NCBI GenBank assembly: GCA_010909165.1
Contig: MU008193.1
Location: 310,001 to 374,000, forward strand
Source: Anthoceros angustus
Taxonomy: Eukaryota; Plantae; Anthocerotophyta
Length of the DNA stretch: 64,000 nt
Direction of reading: 5' to 3'
A program made the position numbers and the translations under genes. Below are positions 38,357-53,060 of the stretch, in pieces. The notes beneath the pieces were generated by a model. It was not told where the DNA came from, did no database searches, and was given only the letters and a program-made list of their open reading frames with translations. Position 1 is the stretch's first letter. Every line of letters starts with the position of its first letter.

Positions 38357-41300
38357 CTAACTAATCGAACTCCGTGAACCATGTTCATCAAGTGTTTCAA
38401 TGTCCTCGCCGGATGCAACATCTTCTCGCAACGCCATCATCCGAGACCCCTTCCTTGTATATGTTCCGGAGCTTCCTCCTGCAGGCGCAAAAGCGTACAT
38501 GTTTTTCCGTATTATGGTTCGGTCCTTGCATTTAGTTGCTTGTTTTGTTAGAGAAAACCCGTATGCCAAGATGAATGTGCGAAAGAAGCAATTTGTCGTG
38601 TTTCGCAACCTCATGCTCCGTCGTTGAGAGCGACCCCCCACGACCGCCGCTGCTGGTGGTCGATCGTAAAATCATCTCCTCTAGGTACCGCCTTCAAATG
38701 CGTCGTGCATTTAGTCACCCACCAATGGACTTTAATGAATGGGCGTCACATTGGAAGTCCACCAGAACTTTTGCGAGCGAATGGTCGATTGTCGACATCA
38801 TCTCACAAGGCACCGCAATCATGTGACCTTTGTATCTCCAACACATCGCCGTTCAAGCTTTCTTGTTCCGCCGCATCATCCCGCTTCGACGCCTCCAACA
38901 TACATGTCCCGGCCGGCACTTGCGAACGATTGATGTCAGAAAATCTCAGTACAACCAAAGGCGATGCAACTCTTCATTATGTGTTCTATCGTACCATTGC
39001 CAAGGGGTCTTCAATTCCTCAAAGATGCTCACATGCTATCTTGTCCACGATGGTGATTGCTCAATTCCTCCCACCAAATATCCTCACTGCGCCCAAATGG
39101 GTCCCGAGTTTTCCTCTAGTTTCCCACGCATTGCCGCAAGACTTCTTTCGGGATCTCTCCGCAACCGCTTTTTACTTGGACCTCCAAATGAACCAAAGCG
39201 AGCGGCTTGAATAGGAGTAGATGGGACATTATTCAAAACTCCAAACCCTCGTCCGGTGACCAGTATTCATCGGAATATTGTTTGCCCCTCATCACGAATA
39301 ACAAGTCCGCTCACCTCGCGTTTCTCGGGTTATTTTGAACTCTGAAAAGATATATTGTGCAACTGCTTTCACCGCAAAGAATTTATAGCCTTACCATAAG
39401 GTATTGGCCACACAAACTTTTGAAGTCCGGAACTTCTTTCACCTCCATAATTTTTGGTTTGGGCGTATATGCATTCTCCAAAATACCGGTCGGTTTGGGC
39501 GTAAAGCTTCCTTCCGCAAGCAATCTGAAAACCTCGAAAACATCCGTCAACTGGTCATGAGTGTGCCCAACCGGGAGGAATCCTACTTTTACCTTCTCAA
39601 AACCTTAAGCTCTACCAACATATTCGTAAGCGAATAGCGGCATTCTTATTCTCCGTGCGATTGTCGAAGATAAAGAGAACCTTTGGTAGTAGTCCTCGTA
39701 ATTTGAAATGACATGTGGATATTGGCTATAGTCGTTTGCATCGTTCGGATGTTCCGTATGCCATGAAGAGTTCCCGACATGGTGTAGTTATAAATCATGC
39801 ACCCCACAACATGGACGCCGATCAAACCTACATCCGGGTCCTTGGGTAAACGCGTGAAATGTGGAAGGTGGTCTCGCTGGTCCATCCCGCCGATGGATAT
39901 CCCGATATACTTTGCCGGTCTCCATAACATTTCACGCGGTGCTTGATGCATTTTCTCTCTCGACTTGGTCAGGCCGCCTCGATCGCCTTCAAATGCTTCG
40001 CAAAATAATCACCCAAACAACGTTGAGGAATAAACCGGGAAGGAAGCCCAACGAATACCTGGCACCGGGCCGACCGCGACTTCACAAACTATGCCTCCCG
40101 GCCGGCGAGCAGACAGCGCGCCGACGGCGATTGTCGAGGCGCTGGCCGACGACACGCCGCAGACCGGCGACCGCACTATCACCAAAACACAATTTCACAT
40201 CAAGCCTCACCTTGTTTTCTCTTTTCTCGCTCTTTATATTTCGCTTGAGGTAATCGCAGTTGTGCACAAGGCAAACCGATTGCTCTTGAATTTTCACCTT
40301 GTGAAGTGCGAGCCCAAAGTACAAAAGTAGGAATGAGAAACATCAGTTCCGAGGCCACGTATATGTTGCTTGTATTCTTGAAACACCTCGCCTTTTGAGT
40401 AAGAGTCGAAGGTGATACACTTCAATGTTTGGCATTCTCTCGCAATAAGCATAAGCAGTTGGTTCATCCACGCCGAGGCTGCTGCGACATCTTGATTGAT
40501 CGCCTTCGTATCGCAGACCACGCAATGTTTCCGATCGCTCGCCGCTTCTTCACGGCTAGACCCGATACAACAAAACGCGTCAAGGCCTCTCTACAACAAT
40601 ACACTTTTCCTCGTCCGACAAGAAACGAGTCTACCCTAACCCTTCCATCGCCCTCATAATCGACATCAAAAGGGATTGTAGGTGCATCTCCGCCTCCCGC
40701 CTCGCATTCTAAGGAACCGATACCTCAAATCTCAAAAGGTTGCCTTCCCTATTGTCCTCAAGCATTGTCTACCACAACAGTTTTGCAAAAATCACGGGTC
40801 TGAACCTCTTCACATTTCATCTCGTGCACTTTAGATTGCCTTTACTGTATGCCTACGTGGTCTCGCCATGCTCGATAAATGATTGACCCGGCTTCAAATT
40901 ATATGTACGCCTTTGTGGAGGTGGATGTTCAAATGCACCGCTATCCGAGTCCTCTTCCTCCACAACAGTTCCACCGAACGTGGGGCCAGCAGTGGAAACA
41001 GTATCTTCTAGATACAACATGCAAACCGAGTTGGCATTCACCCCAAGCGGCCATATCCGACCGGTCGCCCCGTGCGTGGAGCACTTCGGGAGGAGTAGTC
41101 TTGCGGATGGTCGGGATGTACGAGGCTCGGAGAAGGACTTCCGTGAATGGAATCCAACATACGAAATGGGCGGTGTGTCTTTGGAATGGATGCGATTATC
41201 GCGTGCGGAAGTGGTGGAGGCCGCACCGCAGAGATAACACACATCCGGAATCATGTTAACAAGAGCCTTTTGAATGCAATCGATTTCGCACGAGTTTGCA

Positions 41301-41638
41301 CGACGACCTTCATCTAGTTCTCCTCTTCATCTTGAACACCTTGACCGATTGGCATTTCGTAACCGCTTGATGCCTAGTAGTTCAAATGATACACATCTCG
41401 AAGCAAAGATGGAATGTCAAATATGCAAATAGTGCTTGCCCGCTGATGCCCGCCACCGCGATGAGTGAGTGTTGCATATCGGGAGGAATCTCGCTCGCCG
41501 ACCGATAGCATCCAAGTCCTTTGACTTCAAGAACTCCTTCCACCGCTTCAACATCGGCAAATTTTCAAGAGCTACCTGCATGCGAGGAAGAACCGCACTT
41601 TGAATCAAGATCAAAGTCACACCCACAATTATAGACAT
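38357..41638 (-). CDS. Transposase B, duplicate copy
   Basis: AKYIGISIGGMDQRDHLPHFTRLPKDPDVGLIGVHVVGCMIYNY (ORF 39646-39951); FFRTFILAYGFSLTK. Confidence 0.8.
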
Positions 41639-41934
41639 GTGACATAAGGTGGTACGTGTGGTGTTGGATGATTTATTGAAATTTGCTTGGCATCATAATA
41701 ACTCAAGTGTCTTGATGGTGATGAATGAATGATATTTGAGGCGCGATGGACCTTGAATGAGAGTGCAGCCACCGCTTAGAAAATGATGGCATAAGATGAG
41801 GTGGATGCATCGAATTTGTAATGGGCCTATTTTAGGCATTTGAGGTTAAATGAATGATGACCGTGTTCGTGAACCTACTGCTACTTGAGCCGCTTTAGCG
41901 TAACTGTGTGTGTTAAGGCTTTATCGTAATCCCG

Positions 41935-44714
41935 TTGATGCGCTTCAAACATCCATATTTCATTTCCGTAAGCTCGAGCCTCTCCTTTTCATCAAGAGTT
42001 CGAGAGTCCGGACACGTTCTCTTACTTCCTCCCGCCAACTTCCCGCAGGGTTTTGAAGATTGCAGGATGGTGATCGCGAGGACGCCACGAGCAATAAGCA
42101 TGCAGATCGACCCCCCGCGTTGGAGGCGCCGCCACGCATCGAAGCAAAAAAATGCGTGGCCGCAAGAGCAGGATCGCGGGCGCTGCACGATGAGGGATGC
42201 GATCCCGCGAATGTGGTAACAGAACCCCACCCGCTATTATGCAATTGAGAGAATCCTCTCATGGTAGTGTCCGGACGTCCACCTCAAAGGGTAGTCAACG
42301 GAGAGGATATGAAGACATTGATGGCCGAGGGAGCACCAACCTCGGAAATGCGTCACCGCGATTCCTCATGCTTTTAACTTTGTGGAGCAGCTGTGAAAAG
42401 CTCCAGATTCTCCGGCGGTACATGCATAAAGAGTGGAGCGTTGTTGCGTAAAGAAGAACAAGATCCGTGTCCGCCTTGGATTCCACTCACGGCCTTATGG
42501 ATTAACGGTTACAATGGTATTGAGGGGATTCCTGCAAGAGCCGGATGGATTCTATGTGCAACAAGGACTGAATGGGCGAAGATATGCACATACGCTTTTG
42601 GTCACCAAGAAACCTCATTTGCACATAAACGATGACATCAACACACATCTCCTGCGATAATGGATGCGCCAAGATAATGCCTCGTCGTTGTGAGCCAGTT
42701 GAAATCGGCCTATGTGATTCCAAAAGTGTTCAAGATGTAAGTCTTGTATGTCACCATGTATCACTTCCCATTTTCGCTAGGGTTTCGCCATGGTATACTC
42801 ATTGTTTCCTCTTTAAATGAATGGGGAGAACAATTTTGGCGTTCTACTCCGCTCCGAAGGTCTGAAGAGGTGTAGTGATCGAGACCGGTGATCGGATCGG
42901 GCGGTGCGAACGCACGCCGCTATCGGGCGGGTGGGTGTGCATCACGATGCCCGGATTATGCAACCGGAGATGGAGGACGAGGTTCCTTGGCTGCCGAGCC
43001 GAGCTCTCCGGAAGAGGAGGAGCGCCTCGCCTCGTGGTCCGATGCGGAGGCGAGCACGGGCTGTCCATGGCTCGCAACATGTCCAGCTTCAGGGGTCTTC
43101 GGAATCTGAGGCTTTTGAGGAGGAGGTGACCCCTCCTCGTCCGAAGAAGGATTTGCAGGCACCCGCCAGAAGAAGAAGAAGGGAATCCGCAACGCCCGGT
43201 GTCTCCAGAAGATGAGAAGGCGAATGGTCGGTAAGAATGCTCCTAACGCCTCGCCTCCGCACCGATGTAAGAATTGAAGCATCTTGTTTTGATTTCCATG
43301 CGAGAGCACACCAATCAAGCGAAGAGGAAGGCAAGATCTCGCTGGTGATGGAGAAGAGGTGGGTGAGGCGGAAAAATTAAGGAAGTCGAGGAAGCATGCG
43401 AAGAGGAAGCCGTTGCGGACGACCGATGCCGAACGACGGAGCTCCTTCGCGGAGGATGACTATCTGGAGATGGTTCGCACTCGGGCCTACAAGAAGCGGG
43501 TGCAAACCACAACATTCGACATTCACATTGGTACTACGTCACCTTCATTTCTAACGGCGGATGCTCGAGATAAGGAAGGTGGATGAGGCATGGATGAAGT
43601 GCCTTGTTCGATGCGAGCAGTCTGTGAAGGAAGGGCGCTCCCACTTTTGTGCATGATTGATCCGGACAGTGCTTGAAGAAGAAGATGCGGACCCGGAGGA
43701 GATCAGAGCCCAGCATTACACCCTAGGGGTGCTGGGAGGGAACCATTGCTATGCCGCCATGCGAACATCTCGAAATGTATCCGTGGAAGATAAATTTCAA
43801 TGGCTCGAGGCCATGTATATGCGAGCTTGACAGGAAGAAATGAGGGTCTTGTGATGATCACAATGTGTATGCGACAAGAGGAAGAAGCTTGGTTTTATTG
43901 AACAAGTCTACATACATGATGAGCTTGAGATTTGGCACCGGACACACCCGATGGAAAACCTCATGCGGTGGAAGTTCAATGTGTACAAGTTCTTTGGGGA
44001 TCTTTGGAGGAAACTCAAGGACACGATTATGTGGAAGATGGTGGACGGAAGACTCTGCCGTTGAGGATTGCGAGGTGCGAGGGGTAAATTGTGGGAAACG
44101 TGGACACCATTTTCCGATGTGGGAGAAGTGCGAACTCCCAGGCGGGCGGGCAGCCGATCGGGGCGGCAGGCGGGCGGCAAAGCGGAAGCCACAAGACCCA
44201 ACTTCTAGCAAGGCCGGTCCCGGCCCCCCTCGTCGGCTCCAATGCTCGGAAGGGCATGGAGAGCATTCAAGGAGTCCCGAAGGGCGAGAAGGGTGAGGAG
44301 ATGTTGATAGCATGACCGGTCATCCAAGGAAAGCTGCTAAAAGATATGGATACGATGTTGGCAGAAGAAGATTAACCTTATCGAGCATGCCTTTCGAAGG
44401 CTATGAAGTGTGCCACCTTATTTGAAGTCGTAAGCAGTTTCCTAAACATCACGAGGCCAAGGAATTGGCGAAGTTTCAAGCGACTTTTGCGAAAGTGGTA
44501 AGTGAGCGTATTCGTTAGGGGAGTGCGGCCCGGTGCAGTCGCGGTGGCCAGCGCCTCCCTTCTTGTTTGTTTCCGTGGGCGCAAGGAGGCGGCGGGCCGC
44601 CCGGCGCGCTCCGGCGCTGGCACGCGCACTCGGTCGGGCGCCATGCCTCCTCCTTGCGCCATCCAACATGTTCAGCGGTGGAGTCGCGGTTGACCGTGCA
44701 CCTAATCTTGACGT
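41935..44714 (+). pseudogene. ParB-like/MTase B N-terminal part, duplicate copy
   Basis: Duplicate of 24400-27149, ending ...APNLDV at the ACGT insertion site. Confidence 0.75.
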
Positions 44715-44991
44715 CTGTTCTAAAAGGGTTTCTCTTGAAACCCCCTTTTTGCAGCCTACGTTCGTTGCACAGCTGCGTGAAATCCATGAATCGACCTTTT
44801 TGTATTTCTCCATGACAGTCACGCAAACATTTCAATTTTTGGTGCGATACGATATGGGACATTACGCATCGAAATTACGAGAAAACCATCGAGACATTCA
44901 CGATCGACTTTTCCTTGGTGGCCATGCTATTTGTGCACAAACTTGCGCGCACTCACATTTGCGTCTCCAACATTGACATCGGTCTATGTTT

Positions 44992-47900
44992 CTAGCTAGT
45001 TTGGCGAATGTTGTCTTTCCGTCCTCGGGACGACGATGTCATCGTTCTCTTGCGGTAGTTGCGGATCGTAAATAGCAAGAGGAAGATATGGCGTTTCTCC
45101 ACCTTGGGACTCGCCAAAGCGTCTCGGATGTTGGTTGTCCCAAGTAGTCGCTTTCTTACGGTCTTAGCACTTCTTTCCCTTACGTGTTCTTAGGGTTATC
45201 GGACCTTTTTGCCATCTTCTCCTTCTTCCGGGCCCCGTGATTGACTCAAGTCTTGAAGGTCGATGGGTGCGCATGTTCCTTGAACCAAGTGTGGCGTTGC
45301 GGCCACAGGCCAGATCTCCTCCGCCATCTCTTTGGCAAAAAAACCGGATGTCCACGTTTGTGTGGTTTGGTGGTCAACTCTTCCTCGTCAGGAAACACTT
45401 CATGGCACATGTCTGTTCGATGAATATTGTGCTCCTCTGTTCTTGGTCAACGACAATACAGTTCCTCCCTTCGATGTCATAATTCCTCCAGCTTCCATCC
45501 ATCTATAACCCATTCCCTCTTTACGTGAATAGGTCATATGCGGGACCATCAACCCTATTGGCTTTTGGTAAGGAGAAACAACATGGCCATCGTTGGACAC
45601 ATTCAAAAGTTTCTTCACGATTGCGCTATGTCGAATAAGCGAGCATTGCTCCAATCTCGGTGCCGCTATTGGACAATGCACGCACTTCCTCATATCTTCA
45701 ACGTTGGGTGAACACCATACCCACATCATGTACTCATGATTCTCGTAAAGTCCCTCGTCCAGACCAAATTGTCTTTCTCCCGGACCATTGTATAAACCCC
45801 CTTTTCACACCATTTTCGCGGTGCATTTGGACATCCGCATCAGTGCGGTCCATGCATAAATATCACGGAAAGTCTTGCATTCGGTGATTGTCATGAATCC
45901 ATCCATTATCTTCTCCAAATCCTCACATGTCATCTCCTTATCCCATGTCTCCGATAAATTGCCCCTTGGTAAATCGGCGACCACGACTTGTATTCTCTTT
46001 TCCCCAAGTAGGCAGCCATTTCACGAATATCACCAGTTATTACCTGGTAACGGACCTTTTGCTTGCTTTTCGGAACATGGAAAATGTCTAGTTTTGCGTC
46101 GTTGTCTTCCTCTGCCAGCTCTCTCTGCAAATCTTCCACCCTCTTCCAATTTCTTGCCGCATTGATGTGCTCTTTGAAGCTATCGGGTATCATCTTCTCT
46201 TTGTACTCTTCAGCCTGCTTCAGTGTCTGCACAGGATGGAGACGTTCATAGGTCGAACTTGAAGACGAGTGCGCAAACTAGTTTGCGCACTTGCTAACTC
46301 GTGGCGACGCGCATGTACTTACAATGTGATCAAACACGGTTGAAATTTCGCTATATCTTACGGTGTTGAGTGCCTCGGATATTCTCTCTCAACCGCAAAT
46401 GAATTGCACCTCGGTCGAGCAAATCTTTCGGATGACATTCAACTTCTTGGCCTTCGTTATCCACGTTTTCATGCGCTCACGGTCAACTCGCCTTGAATCA
46501 CTTTCTCCGGTGACGGCATAATCCTTTCACGCTTCACAGGCATGCCAGAAAACTCTCCAATTGGTCGCATGCATTGGCTTTATCATCAAATTTGGATCCC
46601 GCTGCGGCTCATGTCAAGACACGTTTTGATTTCCCCTCTTGCTGCCTTTCTTCCGGTTACCTTGCTGGAAGCTCACCCCTCTCCCAAAGATCGAAAACCT
46701 CGTCCACCCGTGTCCACACATGAGGCGGGACACTAGCAATACAAGGCGGTTTACGGTCGACAAGTGCATTTCTTCCCGATCGGCGTCGCCGATGGCGCCT
46801 AGCATCCGATATAGATTGTACTTCCAATCCATTGTAATGCTAATACCCTCCTCACCGCAATTTTCATTTCATCGTGAATATCGGACTTGCTCAATGAAAG
46901 ACATCCTCTTAGGAAATCTGCCTTGACATTGTGATGCTGGCGGAGCATCTGCACAGGTTAAGCACATATATATGAGCTTCCATATCTTTGGAAGTGTGAG
47001 TTCTCCGGGTCTTACAGTTGGAGCGCATAGAAACGTGGTTCCCACCAATACTCCCATGGTGTCTGCCTTTTCAACTTGTCTTTGTCAAAGACCTCTACGC
47101 TTCTCCTTGGATCGATCATACATAGCGGAGGAAGTACTCCCTCTTGCAGGTCCCTTTTAATTTCCGGAGAAGATGTTTTCCCCATGATTCATCCACTCTT
47201 GGATCGGCGTCACGAGTAATGTAGTCTGCGCTTCTCGGCTTGGTGATGGCAACCATATCTGTCGGAATGCACCTCTTTTGTCTTGACTCTGATGATGCAG
47301 GTCCTTATCTTTGTTGGGCTCGCTCCACTCTGTCGTTGTCCGTCGGCCACTTTGGTGATAGCTGACCCGTCGGCCAGTGTCTCGTCAATGTCATTACTCT
47401 TCCTCTTTTCCCTTTTGGTTTACCTTTCGTCCTTGCGGTGGCTGGAACATCGCGTCTACCTCCTTGAGGTTGGTTGTACAGGCTCGCTCCTTCACGATTC
47501 TTTGACCCTACTGTCCAAACTTTGTAGAAGCTGCTGGGCATCGTCCAATGCATGGCGATTCTTCGGGACATTTGACGAACGTTTTGAGCCACCCTCGCTA
47601 TGTATATCCTCTCTGTTGTTGTCGTGTGCTTCAACTCTATCGGTTGTCGATGCATCTCTTCGTCCTCAACATCTTCATTTGCGGTTTCATGCTCTTCATA
47701 TTCACTATCTCGTCATCCGAATATCTATACTGTGGCAAGTACCTCTCATTTCTGTTCCATTGAATCGTCATGAATTTCCCATATTGAGCGGTGATGGTGC
47801 TTTGGTCGTGGTTATGCTTTTTAGCCTCTCCATCGCTATCTCGGAGAGGATCGCTTTCACAAGCTTGTTCGGCCATCTTCATCATCATCAACCCGAACTA

Positions 47901-50900
47901 TTTCTTTTGGACAACGCCCGGATAGTCCCGAATATGCATCACAAAGACAACCACGCCTCCATTAACCGGATGCATCAACCGAAACATCCTTTGGCCGACG
48001 GTACACAAAGGCGGGCACCGGTCCTCGTCCCCACTTCAGGGCCGGACGGGGTGCATGCGCGCGCTGAAATGCGCGCAAGTGCGCGCATGCGGCGCGCAAG
48101 TGCGCGCAAGTGCGCGCACTTGTGCGCGCATGGAGTCGTGCGCGCAAGTGCGCGCAAGTGCGGCGCAAAGTCGTTGTCCTCGCATGCGGCGCGCACGGGC
48201 TCCCGTGGCCCGGCGCTCTCACGGACTTGCGGCGGGCCAGGGGTCATCACGCCTGCGGCGCAGGTCTCGTGCGCGCACTTGTGCGCGCACTTGCGCACTC
48301 CTCATGCGCGCAAGTGCGCGCAAGTGCGCGCAAGTGCGGCGCGCAAGTGCGCGCATGCGCGCGCTGTGCGCGCCTTTTCAGCACCGTGCGGCGCAAGTGC
48401 GCGCCGCGGGTTCTCATGGTACCCGGTGCGCGCACTTGTGCGCGCCGATCATCTCCGGCACATGGCTCATGGTGCAATCACGAAAAAGTGGGTGGTCGAT
48501 TCTCTTCGTACATACCTTGTCACTTGTCATGGCGGCGTCAAGTCCGCCGGTCTTGGGTATTGCATCGCCTTGGAATCGGTTGTCGCACTCAATACCGGTG
48601 GCGATTAGAATTCCTCAAAAGAACTTCTCCCTCATTGTGCATATCAAGAGTTTGATTACGCATTGCGGCGGACTTCATACTTCCAAGCCCATAGAATGTA
48701 CCCAACCACAATCTTACATGTCCTCAACGCATCCATATACCCGTTCACCCAGGCGGGATGGGATCAAAATTCTCTGTAGAGTCGGTTCCTTCTTCATGTA
48801 TGCACCATTCCTTGTCCTAGCCCTTACGATAGATCTGCAAATCTCGATCAACACATTTTCTCAGCGAGAAAATTCTCCTGTAGAGTCGGTTCCTTCTTCA
48901 TGTATGCACCATTCCTTGTCCGGTACATTACGATAGATCTGCAAATCTCGATCAACACATTTTCTCACGAGAAAGGATTCTCCAATGTGGTCCACACACA
49001 TGAGGGACACTAGCAATGCCGCAGCGGTTTCGGTCGACAAGTCGCGCATTTCTTCCGATCGGCGTCGCCGATGGCGCCTAGCATCCGATATAGATTGTAC
49101 TTCCAATCCATTGTAATGCTAATACCCTCTCGATTTTCATTTCATCGTGAATATACGGACTTGCTCAATGAAAGACATCCTCTTAGGAAATCTGCCTTGA
49201 CATTGTGATGTGGCGGACACGCATCTCTGCACAGGTTAAGCTGCATATATATGAGCTTCCATATCTTTGGAAGTGTGAGTTCTCCGGGTCTTCTGCGTGC
49301 GTTGGAGCGCATAGAAGGCTGGTTCCCACCCAATACTCCCATGGTGTCTGCTGCCTTTTCAACTTGTCTTTGTCAAAGACCTCACGCGCACTCCTTGGAT
49401 CGATCATACATAGCGGAAGTACTCCCTCTTGCACGGGTCCCTTTTAATTTCCGGAGAAGATGTTTTCCCCATGATTCATCCACTCTTGGATCGGCGTCAC
49501 GAGTAATGTAGTCTGCGCTTCGGCTTGGTGATGGCAACCATATCTGTATCACGGAATGCACCTCTTTTGTCTTGACTCGAATTTGATGTAACGGGTCCTT
49601 ATCTTTGTTGGGCTCGCTCCACTCTGTCGTTGTCCGTGACTTTGGTGATATGGCCGTCGCTGGTGTCTCGTCAATGTCATTACTCTTCCTCTTTTCCCTT
49701 TTGGTTTACCTTTCGTCCTTGCGGTGTGGAACATCCGTCTACCTCCTTGAGGTTGGTTGTACAGGCTCGCTCCTTCACGATTCTTTGACCCTCTTGTCCA
49801 AACTTTGTAGAAGGCTGGGCATCGTCCAATGCATGGCGATTCTTGGGACATTTGAAGCGTTTTGAGCCACCCTCGCTATGTATATCCTCTCTGTTGTTGT
49901 TGCTTCAACTCGCGGTTGTCGATGCATCTCGTCCTCAACATCTTCATTTGCGGTTTCATGCTCTTCATATTCTCTCACGTCATCCGAATATCTATACTGG
50001 TGCAAGTACCTCTCATTTCTGTTCCATTGAATCGTCATCGAATTTCCCATATTGAGCGCGGATGGCGGTGCTTTGGTCGTGGTTGCGACCTTTTCCTAGC
50101 CTCTCCATCGCTATCTCGGAGGATCGCTTTCCTAGCTTGTTCGGCCATCTTCATCATCATCAACCCGAACTATTTCTTTTTGGACAAGCCGATAGTCCCG
50201 AATATACGCATCACAAAGACAACCACGCCTCCATTAACCGGATGCATCAACCGAAACATCCTTCGGCTTGGTACACAAAGGCGGGCACCGGTCCTCGTCC
50301 CCGCACTTGTGCGCGCAAGTGCGCGCAAGTGCGCGCAAGTGCGCGCACTTGTGCGCGCAGTGCGCGCCGCAGATCGCGCGCGCATGCGGCGCGCAAGTGC
50401 GCGCATGCGCGCACTTGTGCGCGCATGCGGCGCGCAAGTGCGCGGCCTCGCATGCGCGCGCATGCGCGCGCACTTGTGCGCGCCGATCCGTCCACGGACT
50501 TGCGGCGGGCGGGTCCGCGCCGCACTTGTGCGCGCAAGTGCGCGCAAGTGCGCGCATGCGCGCACTTGTGCGCGCACGCTCCTCATGCGCGCAAGTGCGC
50601 GCAAGTGCGCGCACTTGTGCGCGCAAGTGCGCGCATGCGGCGCGCAAGTGCGCGCAAGTGCGCGCAAGTGCGCGCAAGTGCGGCGCAAAGCACGCGGGTT
50701 CTCATGGTACCCGGTCGCGGCGCGCGATGCATCTCCGGCACAGGCTGCGGTGATGGTGCAATCACGAAAAAGTGGGTGGTCGATTCTCTTCGTCTACATA
50801 CCTTGTCACTTGTCATGGCGGCGTCAAGTCCACTTGAGTCTTGGGTATTGCATCGCCTTGGAATCGGTTGTCGCACTCAATACCGGTGATGGCTTAGAAT

Positions 50901-51600
50901 TCCTCAAAAGAACTTCTCCCTCATTGTGCATATCAAGAGTTTGATTACGCATTGCGGCGGACTTCATACTTCCAAGCCCATAGAATGTACCCAACCACAA
51001 TCTTACGTGTCCTCAAGCGCATCCATATACCCGTTCACCCAGGCGGGATGGGATCAAAATTCTCTGTAGAGTCGGTTCCTTCTTCATGTATGCACCATTC
51101 CTTGTCCTAGCCCTTACGATAGATCTGCAAATCTCGATCAACACATTTTCTCAGCGAGAAAATTCTCCTGTAGAGTCGGTTCCTTCTTCATGTATGCACC
51201 ATTCCTTGTCCGGTACATTACGATAGATCTGCAAATCTCGATCAACACATTTTCTCACGAGAAAGGATTCTCCAATGTGGTCCACACAATCCGATATCAT
51301 CGAAAAATTTTGATGCCACTCATCCGGCGGGCTGATGCTCCCTTGCTTGGCTTGGGCCTCATTGTGATGTCCCTTGTGAAGGCCCACTCTTCCTATCGGA
51401 TGCTCCTTGTGGGAGGAGAGTCGACTTTACGGTGATGGTGGATGTTGGTGGTTCATGACCACCACCGAACCTCCTCTGCTGCACTCTTCCGTTTCGAAGC
51501 TCCTTCGACATTGGCTTGTCCTTTTGCGTTTTGGAGGTTTGGGGTGAGGTTGAGGCTCTACAAAGTTGGCTTTGTTTTACGCGCATGGGATGGACATGCT
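44992..51600 (-). CDS. ParB-like/MTase A, copy 3 (contains the 46712-48998 / 48989-51288 duplication)
   Basis: ADLPRG at ~45961-45978; EGRNCIVVDQE at ~45440-45475; LGGNx at ~49320. Confidence 0.75.
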
Positions 51601-53060
51601 GTCACGCGGATGCACCGTCAAGCATTAGAGGAAAAGCAGGCACCCCAAACCATGCGGAAAGAATGGAATGTTGAAGTTGTCTTCATTTCATGAAACAAGC
51701 CAAATTATAGATCCAGGAAACACCTATTTCGGGCTCCCTTTGAAGGCTCTTCTTCACAAGCCTCTTCTTCACGGGCTCCCTTTCACGCCTCACACTCGGC
51801 ACAACCAAGCAAGGCATGCCACAAGCAAACACTGCGGGTGCCTTCCACACCCAAGCACCAAGGCCCATGACCCAAACATGGTGCCTTTCACACCCAAGCA
51901 CCAAGGGTGCATAACATAAGCAACCAGCAGCTTGCGCGCACCAGCCACACTGCGAAGCGGACCGGGCCTTTTGTCACCCACGATTTTGGGCGAACACACA
52001 CACAGTGGCGAAGACTTCACCTGCGGTTTTAAGTTCGACTGGTTGCCTTGCGACGCCTCAAGCGCCATGAGGTTGCCAACCCGACAGAGGTCTCGGCCTA
52101 TGTCACTTGGCGCCCTCAACCGCCGATTCAAAGTCTGTGCTGTTCAAAGCGGAGCCCTTGTGCGGATCGCCTCCAATCAAGGATGCATGTCGCCCACTAG
52201 CGCAGTTCCTTGTCGGAGAGACCCTCAAGTCGCGGATGCACATGGGAGATGCACGCTGCAAGAGCACAGTCGCCCACGAAGCAGCGCTCTTCCTATCTCA
52301 CATGCGCATCCACGATTCTCGGCAAAACCGGATGCCTTGTGTGCAGCACGCAATCGCTCAAGCAAGGCGGACCAGCAGCGCGCGGTCTTCCCTATCGCGC
52401 TCAACCACCGATTCACACACAACTCATGCCCAACACGTTCCTTGTTCAGACCCTCAAGTCGCAGATGCACATGGGAGATGCACGCTGCAAGAGCACGAAG
52501 TCGCCCACGCAGCAGCGCCGATCTCACATGCGCATCCACCACGATTTGCAAAACGCGGATGCCTTGTTATGCAGCGCAATCGCTCAAGCAAGGCGGGCAC
52601 AGCGCTCACGCGGATGCAAGTCGCACACCATCAGCAGCGCTCTTGCCCATGTTACTTAGGCGGAAGGAATCTCAAACTTGCCTAAGTGGGTTAACTAACT
52701 GCGGGTTGAAGGTTAGGTTAGGGTTTCCGTTATAGCCCTTATTTCAAGCGAGCGTTTGATAATTAACATTGGCGGCTACTATAGCAGGTTAAACACGCCA
52801 CCATAATCATGTATGCATATTTTAACGTTCAAACACGGATGGACAAACTCCATAATCAGCACTTCTTCGTCTCATAGTTGCGGACCATGCTCGAAGTTTG
52901 AAGGAGCGGTGAAATCTGACGCTTCTCCATCCTACTCGTGCGGTCGGAGTCGGGCGGGCGAATGGAAGGCCATAAGCGGCAGTGGCACGGTCTCGAAAAT
53001 GTTTCACGAATTGATGTTTTTGGTACGCATCGCCTTGCGTCGTCGCGGAAGATTGAGAAG

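Noticed and set aside
47283-48608. 441-aa plus-strand ORF (also 49862-50944 and 50062-50889)
   Set aside because: Antisense to MTase A and kept open by stop-free GC repeats; ARKCAQVR-type low complexity.
48055-50700. Regular short repeats as a CRISPR array
   Set aside because: Head-to-tail 10-mers without unique spacers, no cas genes, eukaryotic context.
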